Origin: Schizochytrium sp. TIO01
Lineage: Eukaryota; Protista; Bigyra: Labyrinthulomycetes
Length of the DNA: 64,000 nt
Assembly: GCA_004764695.1 (NCBI GenBank)
Contig: SMSO01000025.1
Location: 4,504,862 to 4,568,861 of the forward strand
Reading direction: 5' to 3'
The notes beneath the pieces were generated by a model. It was given only the letters and a program-made list of their open reading frames with translations, was not told the origin of the DNA and searched no databases. The translations under genes and the position numbers were made by a program. Positions within the stretch are counted from its first letter, which is position 1. Each line of letters starts with the position of its first letter. Shown one piece after another: positions 20,805 to 31,422 of the stretch.

Positions 20805-21998
20805 TTAGTAAAAGTAGTCATAGCCAAAAATCCACCAGACATAATTGATGATGTAGGTCACACCCATTTTCGCAAAGTTAGAGATCGAGAACATGCTACG
20901 CATCCAATTAGCAACACCTTGTGCACCGATCCCAGAGAAAAACGTGTTAAGGTTATCACTTGACTCCCTCTGCGCGGCATATGCGCGAGGCCACAGTTGG
21001 TACTTCTCGAACTTTGCAATTGCATCACCCAAGCTTTGGCCCCTCTTGACTGCTTGAATCAAGCCATTCGCAAGGTCAGCAGCATCAGCAAGAGCGAGGT
21101 TTGCGCCCTCACCTGCGAAGGGTGACATTAAGTGTGCGGCGTCACCAACTAGAGCAACTCGTTTTTTCCAGTCAGCGTCTCGAGTCCAGGTGATACCAAC
21201 AGGAAGTGCATTCACAGCACGCACTGTGGCTGTTCCTCTTGCAGTGGCGAGCTTCTGAAAAGCAGAATCCCAACCTTTTACTACGGATGCGGCATCATTT
21301 TCAGTAAGCTCCTTACGTTCGCACTTTTTGGCAAAATAAATGTGCGCTTGGTCACCAATGTGGCCGAGGACTGCATTGTCCTCAGAGTCCATAACAAAGA
21401 TAGTACCTTTTGGTATTTCTGAGATGTCTTCATCTTCTGAGATGATTTTATCGATAAAAGTAATGCCTGTGTACTCTGGCAGCACATCTGTCAAAAGACC
21501 TCGAATCTTCGACCACGCACCATCCGCACCAATCACCACTGTAGCGTTTTCTTGTGAGCCGTCTTCAAAAGTCAAAGTAATTGGGCCATCATCCGAGCTT
21601 CCTTGAACAGATTCAAGCTTTTTACCCCACTGAATAGTCTCAGGTTTAATTGCATTGAGGAAAATGTCCCGGAGATCAACTCTTTCGATCTCAGGACGCG
21701 AGCCATCACCGTCATCATGATATAGCAGCTCTCGATTCTGATTGAGTATGTTCATGGAGTCTGCACCTGGTCTCACTTTCTCCTGAAATTTTTCAAACAA
21801 GCCTGCAGCACGAATTGCCCTCTGGCCTGTTAGCATATGCATATCCAGAGACCCACCTTGGTTTCTTGCGTCAGGACTGGCGTCTGCCTCAAAAATGACC
21901 ACGTTGACCTCTGCCACTTCCAACAAACGGCCCAGGCACAGGCCTGCAATGCCTCCACCAACTACTGCCACGCGAGGCTCTGATCTTTTCTTGTTCAT
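20805..21998 (-). CDS. FAD-dependent monooxygenase, TetX-like (group A flavoprotein hydroxylase)
   Basis: GGGIAG FAD motif, RNQGGSLDMH, RPEIERVDLR, VIGADGAWSKIR (DG motif), LVGDAAHLMSPFAGEGANLALADA (GD motif). Intronless. Confidence 0.88.
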   Translation of the reverse strand: MNKKRSEPRVAVVGGGIAGLCLGRLLEVAEVNVVIFEADASPDARNQGGSLDMHMLTGQRAIRAAGLFEKFQEKVRPGADSMNILNQNRELLYHDDGDGSRPEIERVDLRDIFLNAIKPETIQWGKKLESVQGSSDDGPITLTFEDGSQENATVVIGADGAWSKIRGLLTDVLPEYTGITFIDKIISEDEDISEIPKGTIFVMDSEDNAVLGHIGDQAHIYFAKKCERKELTENDAASVVKGWDSAFQKLATARGTATVRAVNALPVGITWTRDADWKKRVALVGDAAHLMSPFAGEGANLALADAADLANGLIQAVKRGQSLGDAIAKFEKYQLWPRAYAAQRESSDNLNTFFSGIGAQGVANWMRSMFSISNFAKMGVTYIINYVWWIFGYDYFY

Positions 21999-22904
21999 CT
22001 TGGTGAAGTTGCTTTCGGCGACCTTTCGAGTTTGTGTTCAGGTTTTGCAGCTGGCGCGAGACTTGCAAGTTTTTTAGTTCCCAGCGGTCAGATGTTCCAG
22101 AAGTTCATATCCAGTTCTTTGTTCATCTTGAAAGTTCATCGTTCCCCATGAAAAAGTCCCAAGCATATGGAAAAGTGTGAAAGACAAAGCACGATAAGTG
22201 ACTGAGACGAAAATGGACTAAACGAAATAGCGGCGGACAAAACTCTTCTGGTCATGAGCAAGTAGGTTTCACAACATGCACGAGGCAATAAAGATCCTTT
22301 GCTACCCTCGGCAACATCGCTACGATCATTTATGAATTCGGACTCTGAGCGTTGGAAAATGAGAAAGGGAAAATGTTCTCATTTGTGCATTTAACTTAGA
22401 GATTCTAGGTAGCTAGTATTCATACGGACTACCACTTTATACGTAGTTGTACTGATACTTCAACGAAATTGCGATTCGTATGGAAACTCCCAATAAAGCG
22501 TAATACTTGGATAATGATGCACCTTACGTTTACCTGGAGAGAACGGTAAAACCTTTCGATTGGCAAGGCTCAAGCTAGTCACATATGATTAAACTTATGA
22601 TGCTTCTTTATTCATTTTCAGGATTCTTCCGTATTAGGATGTTCGAACTGAATTCAACTTTAAAGAGCTCTTTGAGTTTGTGAAGAAATTCGACAGAAAA
22701 GGAAACATTGCTGATTTACAGTCTTGTAGCACCTTCGCATATAAGGTCGTGTCTGGAAAGGAAAGAAAAGAGGTTAACGCAAGACAAGTTCTGTCGTGTA
22801 AAGAAGAAATATTTTGTGATGTTTTGGTTTTATGAGAAAAGTTTGGTTGCTCCTCGATGCTCTAAGGAATCAAAAATTTAGGTGTCGAGGTTTACACTTC
22901 TCAC

Positions 22905-24944
22905 CTACTTCTTACGAGCATTGAACAATTCTTTTGGTCGTCCAGATGCATCCCAGGGTGCATCGCCAGCAATTTCAGAGTCAAGGACAGGGAGCTTGGA
23001 AGCACCAGACAGAGATCCAAGTGGTTTAAGATGGTGCGGGGCACGGGCTGCACTACCTTGCATCTTTTGTTCTAGAGTGTTACGCTTCAAAGCACCAACA
23101 GGAGAAAGACCGCCACCATTGCTGGATTCAACACGCTCTCGCTTGTCTGATGCGATGTCTTGGTCTGACACAGCGACCTCTAAACGAGCCTCCTTACTCT
23201 CCGTTGATACTTTACTTTCTACAACAGGTTCCACGTGTTCTGCACTCTCTTGATCAGCTTCGTGAGAATCGTCCTGATCAAAGGAGTCATTATTACTGGA
23301 GATACTGTTGGCTTCGAGATCCGCCTTTGCTCTCTTCGCATCTTCGGCTGCCTTTTGCATAGCTGCAAGGCGTCTCTGCTCCAGCACGGCGCGATTTGCG
23401 GTCTCCCAGACAGAGCGTTCGGACTCCCAGATCATCAATTTACTATACTCTGGGTGTGCATAGGTTGCAATTTGTGCAGCACGTTTACGAGCCTCAACAT
23501 CTGGGAACGACATATCGAGAAGAGGCTGATCGCCTACACTGGGGCTTAAGGTCAGGTAGAACGATCCTTGGAAGAAGATTGTAATTACAACAACGCCGTG
23601 GTAGTAAGTTTTACTGGCCATAAACTCAACATCGTCAAAGAATGGCTGATTGCCAGTGCACTCAAGTTCGAAAAACTGGCGGCCATTCTCCTGATCAATC
23701 CATGGTTCCTGTCCCTTAGACTTATGGTACTCTGTGAGTTTTGTAAGCACAGACTCTGCCTTGTTAAGCTCTTCCTCAAGAAATGCATTGGTCATGGCAA
23801 AGTGTCGCATAGGTGCCGTGAAAGGAAGACCATCAGGGAGCTTCTGCACCTCAAACCAGTACGCAAGGAGACCCTGCTGGCGCTGGAATTTACGCAACAC
23901 ATGCGGCATCTCATGAAGGGTGACCTCTTGATCCATGTGGATTACTCCGCCATAGCACCAGTTGCCATATCTAAACAGGGCACGTCGCGCGGTGGTTCCC
24001 TCGGTACCCTTGAGCATAAGATAGGTCTGCGTATAACTTCCGCCAAAGGCCTCCTTGCTCCGACCCCAAAGATACTGCTCATCCACGTGAGAGATGTCTC
24101 CACCCATCATGTCCTCATCATCCAAACTATCAAAGGTGCTTCCTGAGCCACGAAGGCCATTCTCGTGGTCGTCACCGTCATCGTCATTTCGGGATGCAGT
24201 TTTTTCTTCGGACTTGCCTTCAATGCTACGCTGTGCTCGCTCGCGGAGGATATAACGCATATTCAGGGCAGTCTCGTCAAGCACCTGCCAGATAGCAAAC
24301 TTACGATACATACCAGTATCGTAATGTTTAATCTGAAAGCCTGATCCCCGGCTCGAAATATCAGGAAAATCGACATCCTCAAGGGCCTGCTCGGAAGCAC
24401 CGGCATCTGCGACAGTGCAGTAGTATGAACCCTGCAGAAAAATCACGTGCAACTTCAAGTCGCCCATGAAGAGTTTAGCGCAAGCTAGCTCCACATCCTT
24501 AAGGTGCCCAGGCTGAGCTTGCAGCTCAAAGTATGTCTTGGACTCGTTGCCATCTTCATTAATCCAGGCTGTCATGCCGTACTGGCTCATTTCCTCAAGG
24601 ATCTCAGATGACTCAACAATCTCATCACGCAGCACGTTCGCAGTCTCATCAAGCATCTCAGCGACTTCCTGAAAAGGGGAGTCCTTGGGCAGGTCTCGAC
24701 GTGCACACCAGAGGGCGAGAGAAGGCCGACGCTTCTGCAGCTTAGCTAAGCTCGTATGGACATCACGTACAGTTAGCTCGTCGTTGCCAAGCTTGAGCAA
24801 GCCCGAGTACACCTCGTTCGCTCGTTGTACAACGACACGCCGCTGTGTATCATCATGCAAGTCGCGCTTAAAGATGCAAAAATATTCGTCCATCTTTCGT
24901 CTCGTCTGTACCACCTCTTCTTCTGACAGCGCTTTCACCACCAA
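22905..24944 (-). CDS. Uncharacterised protein with two copies of an unknown globular domain and a charged disordered tail; start uncertain
   Basis: 679-codon ORF with a clear internal duplication (IFLQGSYY / IFFQGSFY; LEDVDFPD / LLDMSFPD; YRKFAIWQ / YSKLMIWE). First in-frame ATG is at 24893. The true 5' end may lie upstream, near 25306. Confidence 0.8.
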   Translation of the reverse strand: MVVKALSEEEVVQTRRKMDEYFCIFKRDLHDDTQRRVVVQRANEVYSGLLKLGNDELTVRDVHTSLAKLQKRRPSLALWCARRDLPKDSPFQEVAEMLDETANVLRDEIVESSEILEEMSQYGMTAWINEDGNESKTYFELQAQPGHLKDVELACAKLFMGDLKLHVIFLQGSYYCTVADAGASEQALEDVDFPDISSRGSGFQIKHYDTGMYRKFAIWQVLDETALNMRYILRERAQRSIEGKSEEKTASRNDDDGDDHENGLRGSGSTFDSLDDEDMMGGDISHVDEQYLWGRSKEAFGGSYTQTYLMLKGTEGTTARRALFRYGNWCYGGVIHMDQEVTLHEMPHVLRKFQRQQGLLAYWFEVQKLPDGLPFTAPMRHFAMTNAFLEEELNKAESVLTKLTEYHKSKGQEPWIDQENGRQFFELECTGNQPFFDDVEFMASKTYYHGVVVITIFFQGSFYLTLSPSVGDQPLLDMSFPDVEARKRAAQIATYAHPEYSKLMIWESERSVWETANRAVLEQRRLAAMQKAAEDAKRAKADLEANSISSNNDSFDQDDSHEADQESAEHVEPVVESKVSTESKEARLEVAVSDQDIASDKRERVESSNGGGLSPVGALKRNTLEQKMQGSAARAPHHLKPLGSLSGASKLPVLDSEIAGDAPWDASGRPKELFNARKK

Positions 24945-25818
24945 ACTGCTATGCTTGCGACCTTAGGGAGCAGCAGCTTTCGGCATCCACAGCCAAAAGA
25001 ATGTCTCCGCCTTTGGCTCGCGCGAGGTTCTATCGTAGCGAATACGTATTCGGCCTCGTCCTGTGAGCAAAGCTTTGTCTTGAGTCTGCTCTCGACAAAG
25101 ACGAGTTCTTCGGTCAACCGAGAAGCACACGCATCTCCCAGCACTACACGAACTGGTCTAACAAGATGGTCTAACGGCCATATTGTAATGCGTGAAGAAA
25201 ATTCACGGGTCAGAACTGATCCGATTATCTGCGTTGTCCAGAATAGTACCAACCACCTGAGTGAGCTAATCACCGCCACATCTTCCTCCGCCTCTTCTTA
25301 TACCATTTCGCTTTCGTTTTTATACGCGCTCCTGTTCGAGTCTCCATCGTTCAGGCGCTTCTGCTCTCCCAGACACTTTATCTTTAGCTATATTATTTAT
25401 TTATTATTTCTGTATTATTTTTTTTTTTAATGAATTAAAAAAAGATGAAAATGAAAATGAAAGAACGAATAAAAAGCATTTTTAATCTTCGAAGCACAAC
25501 TTGAAGAGACCAGGCGTAGGTGCTATCTAGTATAGTGTGTTGCAGCAGGTGTTACCATGTAAGATCATATGCGTTTGCGTTTGGCCCGAGCATATTACCT
25601 TTAGGCTACGCAAATCGTTTCTCTACAACTTTGCCTGGTTATTTATCGCATGTCACTGATATAGTACATAGTGAGCATAAGTTTCTCTCTTTAAAAAGAA
25701 AAGAATAGAAAACATAATTATTGATGCCAAAGAATCATGATGCCTTCACTCCTCTCCTTTGGCTTTCTTTGGTTCCACTGTTTTCCAAGTTCTGCCAAGT
25801 CCAAACTACCTCTCGCTA

Positions 25819-25908
25819 CATTTCGTCAATTTCATCAATTTTATCAATTTTATCAATTTCATCATTATCATGAATTTCATGAATTTCATAATTTTCATTA
25901 ATGAAATT
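25819..25908. repeat. Degenerate 9-bp tandem repeat (tcaatttca/tcaatttta/tgaatttca)
   Basis: Directly visible tandem units in an AT-rich spacer. Confidence 0.7.
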
Positions 25909-26725
25909 CCCAGGTACTCCTAGTGCTTTTATTATCTTATAGCCTAATATCACTGCTAAACCTCCTACCAAAAACTGTGCCTAAAGGCTTGGCCGCGAAC
26001 AGTAATAACAAGTATACACGAAAAGAAGAAAAGATCGAACAATAAAGTAAGCAAGCCAACTCAGGTTAGCCCAAGAAAACTCGAGCAAAAACTCAAATAA
26101 TCTCTTGCGAGCTCAAATAAACTTTCGTAAATATTAGAGTATCACACGAAAGTGAAGTGAAGTGAATTGGAGGGAAGTGAAGTGAAGTGAATTACATAGG
26201 TAAGGGCAGCATCCAGTGCTATTTACTCTTATAGTTTCCAATAGATGAGAGAGGAAGGAAGAAAAAGCAAGAGAGAAGAAGAGCAAGAAGAAGAAGAAGA
26301 GGCGATAAAGAGGCCTAATTAGCCACTTTGGACCACTTTGTGACTGAGCAGTGGCTGTCGAAGGCCAAGTCTTGATCCTCGTAGCGTGCAAAATCGTACG
26401 CTTCCCGGTGCTCCTTAGCGGTAAGTCAGGTTCTGAAGCAACTCCCAGGCACCTTTGTTGAGGTGCGCCCCTGAGCCTTTGTGCGTTTGCAGATGTCTGC
26501 AATGGAGATTTCTGTGCAAAAAGGCGTGTTTAGGAAAAGTGATGGACGATGAAGACGCAAGGAGACCTTCCTTGTGAAGCTTGCACTGTGCAGCAAAAGA
26601 ATCGAAGCAAGCCTCTCAAGACGTCCAGGTTTTGCAACAATCTTACGGTGAGAGCGTTTAGAGACAACATGAACTAACTCAATTGTGGGATGAACAGGTA
26701 AATAAACAAGCAATTTCCAGGAAAA

Positions 26726-27004
26726 ATGGAGGCAGCAGCAGGACTTCCGGAGCACCTTCATGGTGAGTTCCTTCAGGCCATTGAGGAAATGCAGATTAAG
26801 GGCTTCCTCGAGATGCACAACAAGGTCACCCAGTCTTGCTTCAAGGACTGCGTCAAGACCTTCCACAGCAAGAACTTGACCGGCGAGGAGAACAAATGCA
26901 TCAACACGTGCACTGCCAAGTTCCTCGTCATGTCCCAGCGTCTCAGCCAGCGCTACGCTGAGGTTTCGATGGAGCAGCAGATGGAGATGCAGGGCCAGCA
27001 ATAA
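26726..27004 (+). CDS. TIM9: Mitochondrial intermembrane-space small Tim chaperone, Tim9-like
   Basis: 92 aa with twin CX3C (CFKDC...CINTC) and a Tim9-like context: QIKGFLEMHNKVTQSCF and KFLVMSQRLSQRYAE. Confidence 0.88.
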   Translation: MEAAAGLPEHLHGEFLQAIEEMQIKGFLEMHNKVTQSCFKDCVKTFHSKNLTGEENKCINTCTAKFLVMSQRLSQRYAEVSMEQQMEMQGQQ

Positions 27005-27156
27005 GAACAAACCATATACACTTATATACCAACCTACGTACGTACGTACCTACACACCCACCTACCCATACAAGATCCAAGACCATTCTTGTTCGCTCAG
27101 TCACCCCCACCCCGGATGGACGAGTATGATATACATTAATCTACTTTCCTTTGTTG

Positions 27157-30100
27157 TTAGGACTTTTGCTTGAAATAAGCTGTGATTTTGCGCGAACCTT
27201 TTGCATATTTTGCATTCTGCTTACTTTTTCCTGCTACCCCAACTCCGACTGTCGATGGTGACGATAATGGGGTCTTGCCAATACTCGTGCTCAATGAAAA
27301 GTGAGCATCAGCCTCGTCATCATCCTCGATGTCGTCATCATGAATCAGAGGTAGCGCTTTTTCTTTTCTTAGCGGTGTCTGGCGTTTGCTTCGCCGCCCA
27401 ACAGCTTCAGGTGTAATTTGTGTGATTGCTGATACATCACGCTTGGGAATAGAATTAGTGCTGTTACTCTCCAATGGCTTCGGTTCGTTACTAGATTCTC
27501 CAGGAAGAGTTTCCCCAGTTTCTATACGCAGTCGCTTCACGGAGGAGGCCTCATTAGTGTCTGAGAACCGCACGCGAGAGACTTTCCGCACTGACTGAAT
27601 TGACTTCCGCTCAATCGGGGCACCTCTTGCTAATGCTTGTGTAGATTGATGCTCACTCAGGTCTTCATCGCTATCGCCATCACTCTCATCTGAAGAGAAA
27701 AGAACTAGATTAGCAAGTTCAGAGGCTGGCATTGCTGAAGGCTCCGTTTGTGGAGTTATTCCTTTCGTTTCAAGGCTAGCATTCTCCCCATTTTGCCTTC
27801 CTCTGGCTAGTATAGGACTAGACGTCATTGCAGTCAAGATCCGATTGTTCACATTACTTGACTTCCCCTTGTATTTCTTAGTTGGTGTTTTATCTCCTTT
27901 TTGAAGAATCCCGACGCTTGTTATCTGGGGTTTGCCTCGATCATCCACCTGCCCGCCTGTGGGAGAAGTTTTCCGGTAAGAAGAAGGATTTTTCTTCTCC
28001 ACTGCTCCTTTTTCTTTATTTCTTCGGTGCTCGCCCTGATCTTGCAAAGTTGTAATTCGACTTGAAGATACTGACGAGAGAGGCTCTGGTTGAGGTGAGC
28101 TAGACGAGTTCTTCAGTATCGACGAGGAACGAGCAGGAAACGAACTGCTTCGACCAAGTAAGCGGTCGATCTCCTCATCTTCAGAATCGCTGTCCAGAAA
28201 ATCTCCTGTTCTTCGCCGAGAAAGTGGATTTGGTCTCTTCGACAACCTCTTTCTTTCATTTGTTAAATTTGATGCATGGGATGCATCGGTATCAATTTGC
28301 ATCTGGCGAGAAGTGCTGTCATCAGAATTTACCTTCGCTCGGTAGCAAGATGATGATGATGATATTGGTGTTTCTACTTCACGATTTTCAAGATTTTGGC
28401 GGGGTGCTGAAGATGCACTGACAGGTTCCATTTTTATGTATACTGGAGGTGGATTTCTCTGCCCTTCTGGCTCAACTCCGACTGCTAGATTTGAAGGACT
28501 TCCGTTCTGTAAACTACTAGAAAGCACAGGGAGCGCACTCACGAAGGATGTAGAGCGAAGACCGGCCACCGAAGGAATAGTATTAGTACCGCTGGTGTTG
28601 GGATTCTCGACAAAGTCGCAACCCTCATTTGTTGCAATAGAGTCTTGGCTTGATTCTATATCGTAAATATCAAGGTCTTGGCTTTGCCATTGTGATGCAC
28701 TCATCGCTAGTGGGTTAGCTGCACCTTCAGACATATTCTCATGCCGTTCTTCCTGTGTAGCTACCTCGTTCTCAATGGAGGTTCTATCTTCTATCTCATT
28801 TGATTTATTTTCTTCAGTCATAGGTGACTCTATATGTGCACAGTCCTTTAGTGAAGCACGGTTACATATACCCAATAATGAAGTATCTTGTTTTAACATA
28901 TCTTCTTTGTTTGCATCGGGAAGAATGGACTTGTTTTGCATGCCTTCTTTCGCTGTTGTTGACCGCATTGCTCTATTTGATATTTCGTTGCTGCTAGTAA
29001 CTCCAGACGACGGTCGAGATGGCTGCTGGTTATAACGCCCAGCAGATATATTTTCTATGTTGTTCATTGAATTCTCTGAATTTTCTAACTGAAATGCATC
29101 TTGTGTTGTGATAGAACCGTCGGTCCTGAAAGTGGGTTGTTGTAATGATCTAAAAAATGTGCCTTGTGTTGTGGACTGAGACTGTTCATCAAACCCTGGT
29201 CGTAAAGTTGTTTGCTGAGTAATCGTATTCGCATCTTCTTCGTCGTCATCTTCATCGCCGATGTCATCAATGTCTATGCTCTCATCACCCCATTGAGAAG
29301 GCATAAGCGTTGCTGGAATGACCACCTCAGCTCCTCTAGTACGTCTGACATCTCCGTATTTATCATCATCATCATCACCATCACCATCACCACCACCACA
29401 ACAGCCTTCATCATGATTATCGTTATCACGCATCTGGGTTGCAGGAATAGATATTGGGTCACCATCATTGTTTGCGTCGATGTCGTCTTTGGAAGCTACT
29501 CGTCTGTTAGTCTCGTGAAGGTTTTCTTGAGAAGTCGCTACTGTGGAAAGCTTGCGCGTTATTGTATCCACATTACCCATAGGTACTTTAGAAGTTGGTT
29601 TGGCCATGAAGTCTTGACTCTCAAACTCTTCATGGTCTTCCTCGTTCTTGTTTACTTCGTCAGCACTATTTATCTTTTCTTTCACATCTGCAGAAGAGAC
29701 CTGCTTATTACTAACATTATCGTTGCTTTTAGTTTGGGCATCGTTGGTGATACTGTGAATATGTACATTCTTGTTTTTGTCATTATTAAGATGTTCATCG
29801 CTTCCATCCAGATCTCTATCATCGTCGTTGTCCTCGTCGTTATCCTCGTCGTCAAGATCATCCATGTCAAAATCAATTGCCTGAGTTTGCAGTTGCATCG
29901 TAGATAGAGCATTGAGTCCGTTGGAGGACGAATGGATATTCTGGGAGCTTACATCTAAGTCTTCACCATGTCCAACATTTTTCTCCCCCTCATCGCTGTC
30001 CCCACATGACTCCTCGTCGAAGTTCTGAGATGAGCATTGTGACTGCGAAAATTGAGAGGGCATCGTAAGATAAAAATTTGGGTCCAGTCTTAGTGATGTA

Positions 30101-30237
30101 ACTTGGGAAGCTCCACTAGTATCAAAGATCTGGTCGCCATTTCGCGACTCGTGCTCTCTTTCACGAGGTGTTCCGCTCGCACTGACGCTGGTTTTGCTTG
30201 CATCGGTCGCGTCTTCGTCAATTCCTGGAGTCATCAC
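27157..30237 (-). CDS. Large intrinsically disordered, acidic SQ/TQ-rich protein with C-terminal PIP-box-like motif
   Basis: 1026-codon ATG-initiated ORF of low complexity (D/E/S/N/Q), about 20 SQ/TQ dipeptides, basic NLS-like patches, and the ending GSRKITAYFKQKS. No globular domain recognised. Confidence 0.75.
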   Translation of the reverse strand: MMTPGIDEDATDASKTSVSASGTPREREHESRNGDQIFDTSGASQVTSLRLDPNFYLTMPSQFSQSQCSSQNFDEESCGDSDEGEKNVGHGEDLDVSSQNIHSSSNGLNALSTMQLQTQAIDFDMDDLDDEDNDEDNDDDRDLDGSDEHLNNDKNKNVHIHSITNDAQTKSNDNVSNKQVSSADVKEKINSADEVNKNEEDHEEFESQDFMAKPTSKVPMGNVDTITRKLSTVATSQENLHETNRRVASKDDIDANNDGDPISIPATQMRDNDNHDEGCCGGGDGDGDDDDDKYGDVRRTRGAEVVIPATLMPSQWGDESIDIDDIGDEDDDEEDANTITQQTTLRPGFDEQSQSTTQGTFFRSLQQPTFRTDGSITTQDAFQLENSENSMNNIENISAGRYNQQPSRPSSGVTSSNEISNRAMRSTTAKEGMQNKSILPDANKEDMLKQDTSLLGICNRASLKDCAHIESPMTEENKSNEIEDRTSIENEVATQEERHENMSEGAANPLAMSASQWQSQDLDIYDIESSQDSIATNEGCDFVENPNTSGTNTIPSVAGLRSTSFVSALPVLSSSLQNGSPSNLAVGVEPEGQRNPPPVYIKMEPVSASSAPRQNLENREVETPISSSSSCYRAKVNSDDSTSRQMQIDTDASHASNLTNERKRLSKRPNPLSRRRTGDFLDSDSEDEEIDRLLGRSSSFPARSSSILKNSSSSPQPEPLSSVSSSRITTLQDQGEHRRNKEKGAVEKKNPSSYRKTSPTGGQVDDRGKPQITSVGILQKGDKTPTKKYKGKSSNVNNRILTAMTSSPILARGRQNGENASLETKGITPQTEPSAMPASELANLVLFSSDESDGDSDEDLSEHQSTQALARGAPIERKSIQSVRKVSRVRFSDTNEASSVKRLRIETGETLPGESSNEPKPLESNSTNSIPKRDVSAITQITPEAVGRRSKRQTPLRKEKALPLIHDDDIEDDDEADAHFSLSTSIGKTPLSSPSTVGVGVAGKSKQNAKYAKGSRKITAYFKQKS

Positions 30238-31422
30238 CGCCGTGTCAGAGGAAGAGCTAAATCCTCAACCTCAGCAGCGAAGTCCCCTCAGCCCTTTTCT
30301 GCTACGCGGATGAGCAACACACGAGCTCTCCCTGGAAGGCAGTATTGCGGAATGAGATTCATGAAAAGCATCAAGGCCTTTAAGCTGCATGACAAAACAG
30401 GAACAAGATTACCATGGTAACTACGTCCCCGTAGCTAATGATAACTAGCATAACCACGGTGCGTTCATCCATATTGACTTTAGTTTATTTAAAAAATGTC
30501 CCGCACTTCGTACGGCGTCACAGTTGCATAAATTTCTATAACCCTATTCCAGGTACGGCCTTGAAACGGTTCTCCATTGTACTGAGCTTTGCATGTCTCG
30601 AGACACCTATTGTGTATTAAGGTTGAATTGAATGTCAAAGACTTACGTACAAATTGAATTCCTGCACCTCGACGAGGAACTCAGTGGAACATTTGGATGT
30701 AGGGTTCACCGTCGACCACGCCGTTTGGAGGCAAAATAAATACAGTGAGCCAGAGTCGCTCAATCTTTCAACAACACGAAAGCTACCAAGCACTGTTTCT
30801 GTACCGAGTCTGCTTTATACCACCCTGGCTAGACCCTGAACCTGATTGTGGTATTCACCTTTCCAAACCAGCCGTTCGGCAGAGTAGAAAGGCTAACTGC
30901 TTTTGGTTTGCTTTTTTTGATTGTGTTGTTGTTGCAGGTCGTGCGGCCGACTTCTTATATATTGTAGAACACATACATACGTACTAGCGAAGTCCTTGGA
31001 TTCAAAGGTCACCAAGGTTGGTAGATCTGAAAGACAAAATCTGGCACTCGTTTTAGAACAAATAAACTTCGTCTTGGCAGCTTTAATTTGTTACTTTTTC
31101 ATTTCCTATTTTCTGCCTGAATTTATACAAACTTAGGACAAAAACCAGACCTGTGCAAGGCAAGTTCATACACAAAGCAAGGTTGAGGCCGTGTCTGGCA
31201 TTCACTGGGACTATTTGCAGAACGTTTCTCCGTGTAAAATTTATTATTTAGGTTCCTATTGAGGCCTGATTTATGGCAGTAATTGTGGATCGCAATAAGC
31301 AATCTGAGGGTGTTTATTATTCCAAGGGTCATTTCAGAAAGTAGACTATTAGAAGACACGAATCAAAACTTTTCGTTTCTCTGGCTGTTTTGTAGTACCT
31401 AATCATATTTCAAAAGGAAACG

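Noticed and set aside
2098-21998. Secondary-metabolite gene cluster joining the NRPS-like gene, hydrolase-like gene and monooxygenase
   Set aside because: They are separated by housekeeping genes (CKS1, mS33, RME-8) over 13-15 kb, and ATRR-type enzymes act alone.
30815-30865. GAACCTGAT...GTGGTATTCAC segment resembling the 3' half of a TPP riboswitch
   Set aside because: The essential upstream CTGAGA element and P1-P3 pairing are absent, and no thiamine gene is adjacent.
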